In this document: positions 16,803-27,442 of the stretch, piece after piece
How the letters are laid out: each line of letters begins with the position of its first letter
Numbering within the stretch: position 1 is the stretch's first letter
NCBI GenBank assembly: GCA_963577735.1
Contig: CAUZAW010000001.1
Coordinates: forward strand, 9-64,008
Source: Phycisphaerae bacterium
Lineage (GTDB): Bacteria > Planctomycetota > Phycisphaerae > Phycisphaerales > Phycisphaeraceae
Direction: 5' to 3'
Length of the DNA stretch: 64,000 bases
Made by a program: the position numbers and the translations under genes
Notes under the pieces: generated by a model
The model's database searches: none
What the model was told of the DNA's origin: nothing
What the model saw: the letters and a program-made list of their open reading frames with translations, nothing else

Positions 16803-17731
16803 CTTAAATTAGGTCTCGCCGCGTGCCAGATTTTTGAGGAGTTATTGATAGCGATGAATTGGCCGGCAAACGCGAGGCCCGCATTAGCGGTGACGCTGCC
16901 GCTCAGCCATCGACAAGCACCGCCGATCAGTTTCCCCGACGCTGCGCGATAGAACCACAGGGGCACACGCCGCTGGCCGCCGTCCTTGTGCATGTGAGCG
17001 CTGAGCCAGCCTTGCCGCCAGGCGAAGTGACGGGCGTCTTTCTTGGTCAGCCGCTGCGTTTGCACCGGATGATGAACGATTGCATCGGCGGCGTACCAGC
17101 CCTGGCCCTGTTGTTTGACGATCGCCTGGATCATCAGGCTGTCTTCCATGCCCATGCGTGTCGAGCCACGGTGGCCGACGCGTGTGTCAAAGCCGCCTGC
17201 TCGGTTAATCGCCTCGACACGCATGGCCAGGTTGGCGGTGTAAAAAGGCGGATCTCTCCGTGCCTGCCACGGGCGTGGCTGTTCGCCTCGCTGGTAACGC
17301 ACGACCATGTCGGCCAGCATCGGGCATAGCCGCGGCTCGAACCAGGGGGGCGGTGAGCGGTTCCATACCGGCTCAACACGCCCGCCCCAGAATGCGTACT
17401 GGTCATGCTCAGAAATAGCTGCGTTCATGCGTTGCAACCAATGACGATCAAAGGTCACATCGTCATCGGTAAACAACACCACCGGTGCCTTGGCCAATCG
17501 GACAGCAAGATTACGCGCATGGCTGGTGCCTAGTTGCGGCTCCACGGCGTAGCGCACCGGCAACCTATCGGTGAATTGCTCTGCTATCGCTTCAATCTCC
17601 CGGTTGCCTGCGTTGTCAACGAGGAGTAATTCCCATGCGTTGCCTGCAGCCTCGCAGTCACAAAGTGATGTGAGCGTCCGCTGCAGCATCTGCGGTCGTT
17701 TATAGGTGCAAATGGCCATCGTCAGTTGCAT
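16799..17731 (-). CDS. Glycosyltransferase family 2-like (second subtype)
   Basis: Has MQLTMAICTYKRPQMLQRTLTSL...LLVDNAGN...FTDDDV. Start ATG 17731-17729 overlaps the upstream stop by 1 nt (TAATG). The track start at 17806 is an overextension. Confidence 0.8.
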   Translation of the reverse strand: MQLTMAICTYKRPQMLQRTLTSLCDCEAAGNAWELLLVDNAGNREIEAIAEQFTDRLPVRYAVEPQLGTSHARNLAVRLAKAPVVLFTDDDVTFDRHWLQRMNAAISEHDQYAFWGGRVEPVWNRSPPPWFEPRLCPMLADMVVRYQRGEQPRPWQARRDPPFYTANLAMRVEAINRAGGFDTRVGHRGSTRMGMEDSLMIQAIVKQQGQGWYAADAIVHHPVQTQRLTKKDARHFAWRQGWLSAHMHKDGGQRRVPLWFYRAASGKLIGGACRWLSGSVTANAGLAFAGQFIAINNSSKIWHAARPNLR

Positions 17732-18753
17732 TAGTCTTGTCCGGTTCGGCGGCCGTGTTTGGCCAAGACCCGGTCCTTGATGCGGATCAGCCAGTTGGGC
17801 AGACACGCCCGCGATTGCCAGGCGATGATAGTCGGGTCGTCGTCGTAATGTTGCCGCGCGAAATCAAGCAGTCGACGAAATTCGTCGAGTCGTCGGCTCC
17901 AATAGAAGCTTTCCAGATTCGTGGAAACCAGCTGGGCAAGCGACTGGCGAATGTGATCGCGCCCGATTTGCTCAGCCATGTCCGGGTGGCTCTCGAAAAA
18001 CCGCCAGATCACGTCGTGACAATGTTGGACCTGCTCGACTTTATAGTTCCAACTGGTTTGGGCTTCGTGTAGCCGGTAGTGGGTTAGATGCTCATTGGCG
18101 ACCGCGAACGTGCCTACGATACTGAGCTTTAAATAAACGTCGATGTCCACGGCATGTTTAAGATTGCTGTCGTAGCCGCCCGCATCATTTAACGCATCGC
18201 GGCGCATCATCACGGATGAGTGCGAGAGCGCCACTGGTTCGATGAGCTTTTCCGTGCACCAGCCGACGCGCTCGCCGGCGCGTTGCATTGGCAACGCTTC
18301 AGCTCGCCCATCGTGGTGGTGTGTGATCTGGCCGCTATGGACCAGCACGCAATCACCGCCAGCACGAGCGGCTGCAGCCAGTTGCTTTTCGAGCTTTGTC
18401 GGCTCCCACCAGTCATCGGCATCGAGTTGGGCCACCCACCGCCCTGCAGCTGCGGCGATGCCGCGATTGCGGGCCGCGGATTCGCCGGCGTTGGCCTGAC
18501 AGATCAGCTTAAGGCCACGATCCGTATGCCTTTGCGCATGATCGCGCACGCATGCGGCACTGTCATCAGTAGAGCCATCATCCACGACGATAATCTGGAC
18601 CGGTCGGTGCGTTTGGTTCAGCGTACTTGCCAGGGCATCGCACAGATATGGCATCCCGTTGTAGCAAGGGATAACCACGCTGATGCTGTCATTGCCATGT
18701 ACTGCCGTATTCATCGGCCAATTCCAATTGTCTGCGGCCACCAGTACGCTCAT
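17731..18753 (-). CDS. Glycosyltransferase family 2
   Basis: Has ISVVIPCYNGMPYLCDALASTLNQT...IIVVDDGSTDDS and an LDADDWW DxD region. Alternative start at 18714. Confidence 0.88.
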   Translation of the reverse strand: MSVLVAADNWNWPMNTAVHGNDSISVVIPCYNGMPYLCDALASTLNQTHRPVQIIVVDDGSTDDSAACVRDHAQRHTDRGLKLICQANAGESAARNRGIAAAAGRWVAQLDADDWWEPTKLEKQLAAAARAGGDCVLVHSGQITHHHDGRAEALPMQRAGERVGWCTEKLIEPVALSHSSVMMRRDALNDAGGYDSNLKHAVDIDVYLKLSIVGTFAVANEHLTHYRLHEAQTSWNYKVEQVQHCHDVIWRFFESHPDMAEQIGRDHIRQSLAQLVSTNLESFYWSRRLDEFRRLLDFARQHYDDDPTIIAWQSRACLPNWLIRIKDRVLAKHGRRTGQD

Positions 18754-18807
18754 ATTATTGCCCAGAGTCAGTATGTACGTTCGATCGGGGCACAGCAGTT
18801 CGTCCGG

Positions 18808-19809
18808 TCATTGGGGCGTGCGGCTACCCATCGCATTGCCCTCGTTGGCCTGAGACGGGCCTTGCTTGGGCAGCCATCGGCGAATTGCCGCAAGCAGGCG
18901 GTGCCGCGCCGGGATCTCACGGCCATAGCGGCGCAGGAACGAAAATCCAATCGCTGCCCATTTGTAATCCCCACGCCAGTACCGGTCATAGGCGCTTTGG
19001 TGCAGTCGATCCAACGCCCACGACCGTAGAGTTTGACGATTTGCTGAGTCAATTTGATCAGGCTGTTGATCAAGTATGCGCAATCTGGCCAGTCCCTGGT
19101 AAATCGGCCAGCGCTTGCGCATGTTAGAGGTCACTTGCCCCGGATGGCCACGATAGCGTGCCAATACCTGTGGAATAAAAACAGCGGGGTAGCCAAACAA
19201 CACGTCTAACCACAGGGCGTAATCCTGTGACGTGGGCATATCCTCGTAAAACCCGTGTTGCGGAATAGCCTCGCGGCGCATGATCACGGTGGAAGTAGCA
19301 ATGCTGTTGACGCGAAAGATTTTTTCCGCGCAATTGCCGTGGGCCAGTTCGTCTTTGTCGGGAACCCAGGGCTCGTAAATACCGTTTTCATCGAAAGGCT
19401 CGATAAGACTGTGACTCAGGCCGGCTTGTGGTGTCTGCCGCATGACCTTGACCTGCTGCGACAGTTTGCCCGCAAGCCAGAGATCATCGGCATCGAGTAG
19501 TGCGATCAGTTCGCCCGTTGCAGCGTGCAGCCCTGCGTTGCGCGCCGCGCCCGGGCCGCCGTGGACTAGGTGTAATACTTCAACGCGGTCCTTGTACGCA
19601 GCGAGAATCTCGGCCGTATTATCCGTGCTTTCATCATCGGCCACGATGATCTGTTTGGGCTCGTAATCCTGCATGAGTACCGATTCGATAGCTTGGCCCA
19701 CGTAGGCAGCGTAGTTGTAGGTGGGGATCACCACGCTGACCAGGGGGTGGTCGCCGCTGAGTTCTGTGTTTGATGTTTCACCCGTCACGCTGTGCTCGCA
19801 GGTAACCAT
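18808..19809 (-). CDS. Glycosyltransferase family 2
   Basis: Has VSVVIPTYNYAAYVGQAIESVLMQ...IIVADDESTDNT and LLDADDLW. Confidence 0.88.
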   Translation of the reverse strand: MVTCEHSVTGETSNTELSGDHPLVSVVIPTYNYAAYVGQAIESVLMQDYEPKQIIVADDESTDNTAEILAAYKDRVEVLHLVHGGPGAARNAGLHAATGELIALLDADDLWLAGKLSQQVKVMRQTPQAGLSHSLIEPFDENGIYEPWVPDKDELAHGNCAEKIFRVNSIATSTVIMRREAIPQHGFYEDMPTSQDYALWLDVLFGYPAVFIPQVLARYRGHPGQVTSNMRKRWPIYQGLARLRILDQQPDQIDSANRQTLRSWALDRLHQSAYDRYWRGDYKWAAIGFSFLRRYGREIPARHRLLAAIRRWLPKQGPSQANEGNAMGSRTPQ

Positions 19810-20704
19810 AGTATTGGGCAGCTTCGATCAGGGCATCGTAGAACGATCGGCTGGGCCAGGGGCGCCACCGCGCGGCGGCTCGCCCAGCGCATCGGACAAA
19901 CTGCGACCAGGTCCACCACGGCACGCCGAACTTGCCCGGTCGGGGTCGCCCCTGATGCACTGCCCATTCGCTGCCCACTGCCATTTGCCGTGACCATAAC
20001 CAACGCGTGGCCATGCGCTTCGGGTGCATGTAGTGGCGCACTTTCGGGCCGGCTACCAGCCAACCTTCGCGGTCTTGTCTACAGCCAGCCATCATGCGCC
20101 TGATCAGGTCCACTTCCTCTCCCGACACGCGGTGGCCGCGCGTTGGGCCTAGGTCTGTGTTGAACCCATCTTTCGGCACCGCGTCACACCGTATCGCCAT
20201 GTTGGCGCCGAACGCCGTTACGTGTGGCGGTTGCATCGGCGCATCTTTTTCGACGTCGAGCAATGCAAACAGGAGTGGATACTGTTCCAGCAGAAACTTT
20301 TTTCGCCCACTTACCGGCTGGGTCAGCCATGCCAAGATGGGTCCGCCTAGGCAACATGCTGCCGGGTATTGTTCGATAGCCCGACCATATGCCTCCAGCC
20401 AATCCGGTTCAACCAGCACGTCGTCATCGGCCAATACCAGCCAATTGGAGCCGTCATCTCGGGCGTGTTGCAACAGGCGGTTGAGAGCATGACTTTTGCC
20501 CTGTGTGGGCTCCTCGAGGTAGTCCAGCGGCAGTCGATTAGCAAAAGACTCAACAACCTGTGGTGTCTGGTCTGTGCTGTTGTTGTCACAGACGCATAGC
20601 CGGTAATTAATCTGCGGCCCCCCACGCATGGCCGTGAGTGATTCGAGCGTTTGGCGCAGTAAGTCAGCGCGATTCCAAGTTGCAATGCCGATCGTGACGT
20701 GCAT
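19778..20704 (-). CDS. Glycosyltransferase family 2-like (second subtype)
   Basis: Has MHVTIGIATWNRADLLRQTLESL...VCDNNSTD...LADDDV. Start ATG 20704-20702. The track ORF extends to 21196, but that part is antisense to the GT2 gene at 20828-21745. Confidence 0.8.
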   Translation of the reverse strand: MHVTIGIATWNRADLLRQTLESLTAMRGGPQINYRLCVCDNNSTDQTPQVVESFANRLPLDYLEEPTQGKSHALNRLLQHARDDGSNWLVLADDDVLVEPDWLEAYGRAIEQYPAACCLGGPILAWLTQPVSGRKKFLLEQYPLLFALLDVEKDAPMQPPHVTAFGANMAIRCDAVPKDGFNTDLGPTRGHRVSGEEVDLIRRMMAGCRQDREGWLVAGPKVRHYMHPKRMATRWLWSRQMAVGSEWAVHQGRPRPGKFGVPWWTWSQFVRCAGRAAARWRPWPSRSFYDALIEAAQYYGYLRAQRDG

Positions 20705-20827
20705 GGTTATGGTTTTATCGGTGTATACTCGGGTAGGACCTAAGGGTGTTGCCCGGGCCGATATTCGGACCTTTGACTGGTTTGCTGTTGCTCCTCCGGG
20801 ACCGGTACCCGATCTGATGATTATCCC

Positions 20828-21745
20828 ATGGCTGATGTGTCTGTCATCATTCCGTCGCACAACGCCCGTAATTTTGTCGGCCAGGCAATCGAGTCGGTAT
20901 TGGCCCAGACCGACGTGCCCAGGCAAATTCTGGTGGTTGACGATTCGACGGATGACAGCGACGAAGTGATCAGTGTCTACGAAAAGCAGACGCAAGGCCT
21001 CGTGCAGTTGATCTGTTCCGAACCGTGCAACGTCTCGCAGGCGCGTAACAGGGGTCTGGACTGCGCCACAAGTAACTATGTGGCGTTTCTCGATGCCGAT
21101 GACGTGTGGTTGGAACAGAAGATCGCTCGGCAACTGGCCTTGCTCGAAGCTGACAATAAGGCAGCCGGGACGTTTTGCGGCCTCTTTATCTTCCACGACG
21201 ACCTAGACGATCAGGGCCGAAAGCCCTGGCCCGTCATGCAGGATCGTCCGAACCTCGAACAGATTATCATGACGCAGATGGTCGTAGCGTCCGCATCTAT
21301 GGTTCGCAAACAGGCATTGGGTGCTCTTCGTTTTGACGAGCGGACCGGGCATGCAGAGGACACCATTTTCGCCGGTGAGGTGGCATTGATTGGCCCTTGG
21401 CGCTGCGACCCAGAGCCCCTGTTGGCCCGCCGCGAGCATGCTACTCAAGTGACCGCTGATCCCTGGCACACGGTTTGGAACACGCAGACCCGTGTCCAGT
21501 GGTGCCGTAGCCATGCCGGCCGAATAGGCGCCCAGTTTGCCGAGGACATTGAGAGGCAACTTTGGACCAAACTAGTTGAGTTTGTTGAACGGCGATACTG
21601 GGCACGCCAGCTACACGATTTGCGTGCCATCCGCAGCCAAGTGCATAAGCTTTGCCCACAGGTGTTGAACGAAAGCCTTGTGGCCGGGCGGCGAATCTAT
21701 CCTGCTTGGATTTATAGGCTACGTGATATGCTTTCAGGTTGGTGA
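20828..21745 (+). CDS. Glycosyltransferase family 2
   Basis: Has VSVIIPSHNARNFVGQAIESVLAQT...ILVVDDSTDDS and FLDADDVW. Confidence 0.88.
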   Translation: MADVSVIIPSHNARNFVGQAIESVLAQTDVPRQILVVDDSTDDSDEVISVYEKQTQGLVQLICSEPCNVSQARNRGLDCATSNYVAFLDADDVWLEQKIARQLALLEADNKAAGTFCGLFIFHDDLDDQGRKPWPVMQDRPNLEQIIMTQMVVASASMVRKQALGALRFDERTGHAEDTIFAGEVALIGPWRCDPEPLLARREHATQVTADPWHTVWNTQTRVQWCRSHAGRIGAQFAEDIERQLWTKLVEFVERRYWARQLHDLRAIRSQVHKLCPQVLNESLVAGRRIYPAWIYRLRDMLSGW

Positions 21746-21825
21746 TATCAACACTTAAGTTTCTATAAGAAAAACATTTTAAGGCAGTTATAGAATTTTA
21801 GGGAGTAGTCGCAGACAGCCAGGAG

Positions 21826-21842
21826 TATAAGTAATACTTATA
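21826..21842. promoter_or_regulatory. 17-bp perfect palindrome containing a T-N11-A LysR-type box
   Basis: TATAAGTA-A-TACTTATA, read directly. It lies about 50 bp upstream of the LysR start. A second palindrome, ATAAGTTCTTAT, lies at 21861-21872. Confidence 0.5.
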
Positions 21843-21888
21843 ATTAAAGATTTTGATATAATAAGTTCTTATGATAGTATGTTAGTCA

Positions 21889-22854
21889 ATGTATACGCTG
21901 AGGGTATTCTGCTCCGTCGCTTCCCATGGCAGCTTCAGCCTTGCAGCTGTGGAGCACGGCATTACCCAGTCGGCGGTCAGCCAGCGTGTTAGCCAACTGG
22001 AAAAGAAACTGGGTACGCCTCTGCTGGACCGCTCTGTGAGACCACTGGAGTTGACGGTGGCTGGTAAGCAGTTCCTTGATGGTAGTCAGGATTTGCTCGA
22101 TCGCTATGACCGGTTGCAGCACGACGTGTCACTGCTTCATCGCCTCGACGGTCACGTGCGGGTCGATGCCATTTACTCGGCAGGCATTGACCTGCTCAAG
22201 CAACTTCGCGAGCGTTTTGTGGCTATGCATGGTGGCGTGTCGGTCACGATCAACTACAAGCGCCCTGACGCGGTCTACGACGAAGTCCGTGCTAGTCGCT
22301 GTGATGTAGGCATTTTGTCCTATCCCCGCCGATGGCGAGATGTGTCTGTAATCCCTTTACGCGATGAGCGCATGGTGATTGTTTGCCCACCCAATCACGC
22401 GTTGGCCCAGGACAATCAGATTCACGTTGCACAATTGAACGATTTGCCGATGGTTGCCTTCGAGCCGGAACTGCCTGTTGGCCAGCGAATTCGCAGGTAC
22501 CTTCGCGAGCATGGTGTTGTGCCCGAGGTGGTCAACGTGTTTGACAATATTGACACGATCAAGAGCGCTGTGACCGTGACTAGCGAAGGGGGCGGTATGG
22601 GCGTTACGGCCATCTTGCCTCGGCGGACGGTATTGCGCGAAGTGTCGGCCGGTACATTGGCGGTCATCGAGTTGGAGCCAGTGCTTGTGAGGCCCATGGG
22701 TATTATCCATGCGAGGAGGGGCGGCAACACGCATGTGTTTACACCAGCAGTCCGGGCGTTCATTGATTTTCTTCTTGAGCACGCCGGTCCCAACGTTGAC
22801 GCCAACGACGATGTGGCCTCGCGTCCGGCACTAATAGCTGGAGACAGGGAATGA
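21889..22854 (+). CDS. LysR-family transcriptional regulator
   Basis: N-terminal wHTH MYTLRVFCSVASHGSFSLAAVEHGITQSAVSQRVSQLEKKLGTPLLDRS. Its stop overlaps the gltB start (ATGA). Confidence 0.9.
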   Translation: MYTLRVFCSVASHGSFSLAAVEHGITQSAVSQRVSQLEKKLGTPLLDRSVRPLELTVAGKQFLDGSQDLLDRYDRLQHDVSLLHRLDGHVRVDAIYSAGIDLLKQLRERFVAMHGGVSVTINYKRPDAVYDEVRASRCDVGILSYPRRWRDVSVIPLRDERMVIVCPPNHALAQDNQIHVAQLNDLPMVAFEPELPVGQRIRRYLREHGVVPEVVNVFDNIDTIKSAVTVTSEGGGMGVTAILPRRTVLREVSAGTLAVIELEPVLVRPMGIIHARRGGNTHVFTPAVRAFIDFLLEHAGPNVDANDDVASRPALIAGDRE

Positions 22855-25800
22855 ATCAGGAGGTTCGATTAAACGGCTATCCCCCCGCTGGCGGTTTATA
22901 TGACCCGTCTAATGAGAAAGATAGTTGCGGCGTCGGGTTCGTCGCGGATATTAAGGGCCGCCGCTCCCACCAGATCCTAGCGGACGCGATCATGGTCTTG
23001 CTGCGACTTAGTCATCGCGGCGCCTGTGGTTGTGAAGCCAATACCGGTGACGGCGCTGGCGTGCTGACGGCATTGCCCCATGAGTTTTTCGTCAAAGCAG
23101 CAAGCGAGGGTCTGGATATTGAGTTGCCCAAGCCCGGTACTTATGCAGTGGGCAACGTGTTTCTGCCCCGTGACCCAGATACGCAGCAACAGTGCAGGCA
23201 GATTCTCGCCGATTGTGTTGTGGCCCAAGGACAACAATTGCTGGGATGGCGCCAAGTGCCCACGGACGGTGCTGGCGCCGACATTGGCCCCGCTGCACGA
23301 CAGACCGAGCCCGTTACCGTTCAATTGTTTATTGGCGCCGGCGATGAGCAGGCGCGCAGCGACCAGAATACTTTCGAGCGTCAACTCTACATCATTCGCC
23401 AGCAGGCGGCCATGCGGGTTCGTGAAAGTGGGATGTCGCAGGCCTTTCGCTTTTACGTGTGCAGCTTGTCCAGCAAGGTGATCGTCTACAAGGGCCAGCT
23501 CATGGCCGAGCAGGTGCTCGCCTACTACCCAGACCTGGCCGACGAACAGTACATCACCCACTTGGCCATGGTGCACTCCCGTTTCAGCACCAATACATTC
23601 CCTTCGTGGGAGCGGGCTCAGCCCAATCGGTTCATGTGTCACAACGGGGAGATCAATACCTTACGTGGCAACATGAACTGGATGCGGGCCCGCGAAGGCG
23701 TGATGCAGAGTCCGTTATTCGGCGACTACCTTCGCAAGCTATATCCGGTCATCGATCCAGACGCCTCTGATTCAGGCATGTTTGACAACGCCTTGGAGTT
23801 CTTACTGCTTACCGGGCGTACGCTCCAGGAAGCGATCATGATGATGATCCCCGAGGCTTGGCAGAATCATGAGTCAATTTCAGAGGCCAAGCGCGCATTT
23901 TACGAATACCACTCATGCCTTCAGGAGCCATGGGATGGCCCCGCCTCGATAGCGTTTACCGACGGCCACTACATCGGCGCCGTTCTCGACCGTAACGGTT
24001 TGCGCCCCAGTCGGTACTACCTGACCCATGACGACCGGGTCATCATGGCCAGCGAGGTTGGCGTACTCGACGTCGATCCGGACAACGTGAAGATCAAGGG
24101 CCGATTGCAGCCGGGCAAGATGTTCCTCGTCGATTTCGAGCAAGGCCGAATCATCGACGACGCCGAGTTAAAGCACGAATTCGCCACCCGTCGTCCTTAT
24201 GGCAAGTGGCTGGCCGAGCAGCGGATCATGCTCGATGAATTGCAGCCCAGCACAGAGTTGCACGGTGTCGACCCGCAACCCCTGCTGCCCCGCATGAAGG
24301 CATTCGGTTACACCGTGGAAACGCTCGAGTTCATGCTGAGGCCGATGATCAAAGTCGAGAAAGATCCCATCGGCTCGATGGGTAATGACGCCGCCCTGGC
24401 GTGCCTTTCCGACAAACCTCGTCTGGTCTACGATTATTTCAAGCAACTTTTTGCCCAGGTGACCAATCCGGCTATTGATTCAATCCGCGAAGCAGTGGTC
24501 ATGTCGCTGGAATGTTACATCGGCCCCGAAGGCAACCTGCTAGAAACAACTGAAAAGCAATGTCACCGACTGCTCGTGCCCCACCCAATCCTGTCCAACG
24601 AGCAACTGTCATCCCTGAAGCACATGGATCACCGTGGCTGGAGAACGAAAACCATCGACATTACCTGGGATCGCGCCGATGCCGAGGCGGGGATGGTGCC
24701 CGCCATCGAACGCGTTTGCGCCGAAGCCCAGCAGGCTATCACCGACGGCTACTCGCTGGTCATCTTATCCGATCGTGCCATTGGTCCCGATCGGGTGCCG
24801 CTGCCAACCCTAGTCGCTTGCGGCGCTGTGCACCATCATCTGATCAAACTCGAACAACGCACCCGCATCGGCATCATTCTCGAAACGGGCGAAGCCCGCG
24901 AAGTGCACCATTGTTGCCTGCTGGTTGGCTACGGAGCAGACGCAATCAACCCATATTGCGCCTTCGAAGTGCTGTGGCAGTGCAGGCAGGACGGCTTGCT
25001 GGGGGATCAAGACTGGGATGATGACCGAATCGTCAGCGCTTATCGGCTAGCTGCGGCCAACGGCATGCTCAAGGTCATGGCGAAGATGGGTATCTCCACA
25101 CTGCACAGCTATAAAGGTGCACAGATTTTTGAAGCGGTTGGCCTGAACGCGCAGGTGATTGATCGCTGTTTTGCGGGCACGGCCAGTCGGATCAAGGGCG
25201 TTGGTCTGGACGTGCTGGCTCAAGAAGCGGTGCGCCGCCACGAGTTGGGGTATCCGACGCGTGATACGGTCAGCCTTGCACAGCTACCCAACGATGGGCA
25301 GTTCCACTGGCGGCGCGAAGGTGAAATGCACGCGTGGAGCCCCCGCGCCATTGCCTATCTTCAGGACGCGGCCCGGTCCGGCAACGAAAATGCTTATTGG
25401 GAGTTCGCCAAAATTGCCAACGGCGAGTCCCGGCGACTGTGTTACCTGCGTGGGCTGATGAAGTTCAAGCAGGGCAAGTCAATCCCCATTGAGCAAGTGG
25501 AGCCAGCGGCCGAAATTGTCAAACGCTTCTGCACCGGGGCGATGAGTTACGGATCGATTTCCAAGGAAACCCACGAAACGCTGGCCGTGGCCATGAACCG
25601 CATCGGCGCCAAGAGCAACACCGGCGAGGGCGGAGAAGACTACAACCGCTTTGAACCGCTGCCCAACGGTGATTCCAAGCGTTCGGCCATTAAGCAGGTG
25701 GCATCGGGTCGGTTCGGCGTCACCAGCTGGTATCTGGCCAATGCCGACGAGTTGCAGATCAAAATCGCCCAGGGCGCCAAGCCCGGTGAAGGCGGCGAAT

Positions 25801-27425
25801 TACCCGGCCACAAGGTGGACAAGGTCATTGCCAAGATCCGCCACTCAACGCCGGGTGTCGGCCTGATCAGCCCGCCGCCGCACCATGACATTTACTCGAT
25901 CGAAGACTTGGCCCAGTTGATCTTCGATCTGAAAAACGCCAACCCATCGGCTCGCATCAGCGTGAAGCTGGTTTCCGAGGTTGGCGTGGGCACAATCGCG
26001 GCCGGAGTGGTTAAGGGCCATTCCGATCATATTCTGATTTCCGGCGATACCGGTGGGACTGGCGCATCGCCGTTGACCAGCATCAAACACGCTGGTCTGC
26101 CTTGGGAGTTGGGCATTGCCGAGACACATCAGACACTCGTGCTCAACGACTTGCGCAGCCGCGTCGTATTGCAGACCGATGGCCAACTTAAAACTGGGCG
26201 TGACATCTGTATTGCCGCCATGCTCGGCGCAGAAGAAATGGGGTTCTCCACCGCGCCGCTGATTACGCTCGGCTGCATAATGATGCGAAAGTGCCACCTT
26301 AATACCTGTCCGGTTGGTATCGCGACGCAGGACGAGCGACTGCGCCACAAGTTCACCGGCCAGCCGGAGCACGTGGTTAACTATTTATTTATGGTCGCCG
26401 AAGACGCCCGCCGCATTATGGCGGAGCTCGGGTTCAGCAAGATGGACGACATGATCGGCCGCGTTGACATGCTCGAAATGGAAGACGCCATCGACCACTG
26501 GAAAGCCAAGGGATTGGATTTATCCCCGATCCTTACGCCCGCCCAAAGGCCTCACGACAAGGTGCAGGTCCGATGCACTATCGCTCAGGATCATGGGCTG
26601 GACAAGGTGCTGGACAATAAGCTCATCGAATTAGCCTCGCCGGCGCTGGAGTTGCGAGAGCCGGTTCTTGTCGATCTGCCCATCCACAACATCGATCGCG
26701 CCACCGGCACCATGCTCAGTCATCACGTGTCCAAGCGTTATGGGGCTGATGGCCTGCCTGACGATACCATCCACTTCAAGTTCACCGGCTCGGCTGGGCA
26801 GAGTTTCGGCGCCTGGCTGGCCAGCGGCATCACCCTCGAAATCGCCGGCGATAGCAACGACTATGTCGGCAAGGGCTTGTCTGGCGGGCGGCTGATCGTT
26901 TATCCGCCGGCTGGATCCACCTTCGTGGACAGCGAAGCGATTATCATCGGTAACGTGGCGCTCTACGGCGCCGTTTCCGGCCAGGCGTTTTTCCGCGGCA
27001 TGGCTGCTGAGCGATTCGCCGTACGCAACAGCGGAGCCCACGCGGTGGTTGAAGGCGTGGGCGATCACGGCTGCGAATACATGACGGGCGGCCGCGTTGT
27101 CGTACTCGGAGCCACGGGACGCAATTTTGCGGCGGGGATGTCGGGCGGATATGCCTACCTCTGGGACCCGGCAGGTCGGGTCCTCGAAAATTGCAACCTC
27201 GGTACTGTCGAGTTGGAAAAAGTCGAAGATGATCAGTCCGAACAGGAACTGCGCAACCTGATTGAATTGCACCGCAAATTCACTGGTTCGCCCATCGCCG
27301 ACCAGGTATTGACCGCATGGGGCCGGACGTTGGGTCAGTTTATCAAGGTGGTGCCCACCGATTACCGGCGGGCGCTGGAGCTGATGGACAAGGAAGAACT
27401 GGCTGTTTTAGGCGAGCAACGGTAG
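22851..27425 (+). CDS. gltB: Glutamate synthase large subunit
   Basis: 1524 aa. Has an N-terminal Ntn amidotransferase domain ([10 protein letters not shown]), an FMN domain (SNTGEGGED...[15 protein letters not shown]) and a C-terminal GXGXG domain. Confidence 0.95.
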   Translation: MNQEVRLNGYPPAGGLYDPSNEKDSCGVGFVADIKGRRSHQILADAIMVLLRLSHRGACGCEANTGDGAGVLTALPHEFFVKAASEGLDIELPKPGTYAVGNVFLPRDPDTQQQCRQILADCVVAQGQQLLGWRQVPTDGAGADIGPAARQTEPVTVQLFIGAGDEQARSDQNTFERQLYIIRQQAAMRVRESGMSQAFRFYVCSLSSKVIVYKGQLMAEQVLAYYPDLADEQYITHLAMVHSRFSTNTFPSWERAQPNRFMCHNGEINTLRGNMNWMRAREGVMQSPLFGDYLRKLYPVIDPDASDSGMFDNALEFLLLTGRTLQEAIMMMIPEAWQNHESISEAKRAFYEYHSCLQEPWDGPASIAFTDGHYIGAVLDRNGLRPSRYYLTHDDRVIMASEVGVLDVDPDNVKIKGRLQPGKMFLVDFEQGRIIDDAELKHEFATRRPYGKWLAEQRIMLDELQPSTELHGVDPQPLLPRMKAFGYTVETLEFMLRPMIKVEKDPIGSMGNDAALACLSDKPRLVYDYFKQLFAQVTNPAIDSIREAVVMSLECYIGPEGNLLETTEKQCHRLLVPHPILSNEQLSSLKHMDHRGWRTKTIDITWDRADAEAGMVPAIERVCAEAQQAITDGYSLVILSDRAIGPDRVPLPTLVACGAVHHHLIKLEQRTRIGIILETGEAREVHHCCLLVGYGADAINPYCAFEVLWQCRQDGLLGDQDWDDDRIVSAYRLAAANGMLKVMAKMGISTLHSYKGAQIFEAVGLNAQVIDRCFAGTASRIKGVGLDVLAQEAVRRHELGYPTRDTVSLAQLPNDGQFHWRREGEMHAWSPRAIAYLQDAARSGNENAYWEFAKIANGESRRLCYLRGLMKFKQGKSIPIEQVEPAAEIVKRFCTGAMSYGSISKETHETLAVAMNRIGAKSNTGEGGEDYNRFEPLPNGDSKRSAIKQVASGRFGVTSWYLANADELQIKIAQGAKPGEGGELPGHKVDKVIAKIRHSTPGVGLISPPPHHDIYSIEDLAQLIFDLKNANPSARISVKLVSEVGVGTIAAGVVKGHSDHILISGDTGGTGASPLTSIKHAGLPWELGIAETHQTLVLNDLRSRVVLQTDGQLKTGRDICIAAMLGAEEMGFSTAPLITLGCIMMRKCHLNTCPVGIATQDERLRHKFTGQPEHVVNYLFMVAEDARRIMAELGFSKMDDMIGRVDMLEMEDAIDHWKAKGLDLSPILTPAQRPHDKVQVRCTIAQDHGLDKVLDNKLIELASPALELREPVLVDLPIHNIDRATGTMLSHHVSKRYGADGLPDDTIHFKFTGSAGQSFGAWLASGITLEIAGDSNDYVGKGLSGGRLIVYPPAGSTFVDSEAIIIGNVALYGAVSGQAFFRGMAAERFAVRNSGAHAVVEGVGDHGCEYMTGGRVVVLGATGRNFAAGMSGGYAYLWDPAGRVLENCNLGTVELEKVEDDQSEQELRNLIELHRKFTGSPIADQVLTAWGRTLGQFIKVVPTDYRRALELMDKEELAVLGEQR

Positions 27426-27442
27426 CCGTCGATCGGAGACAG

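Noticed and set aside
20705-21196. N-terminal 164 codons of the 472-aa track ORF 19778-21196
   Set aside because: This part is antisense to the well-supported GT2 gene at 20828-21745 and crosses the divergent promoter gap. The GT2-like sequence begins at ATG 20704 (MHVTIGIATWNR).
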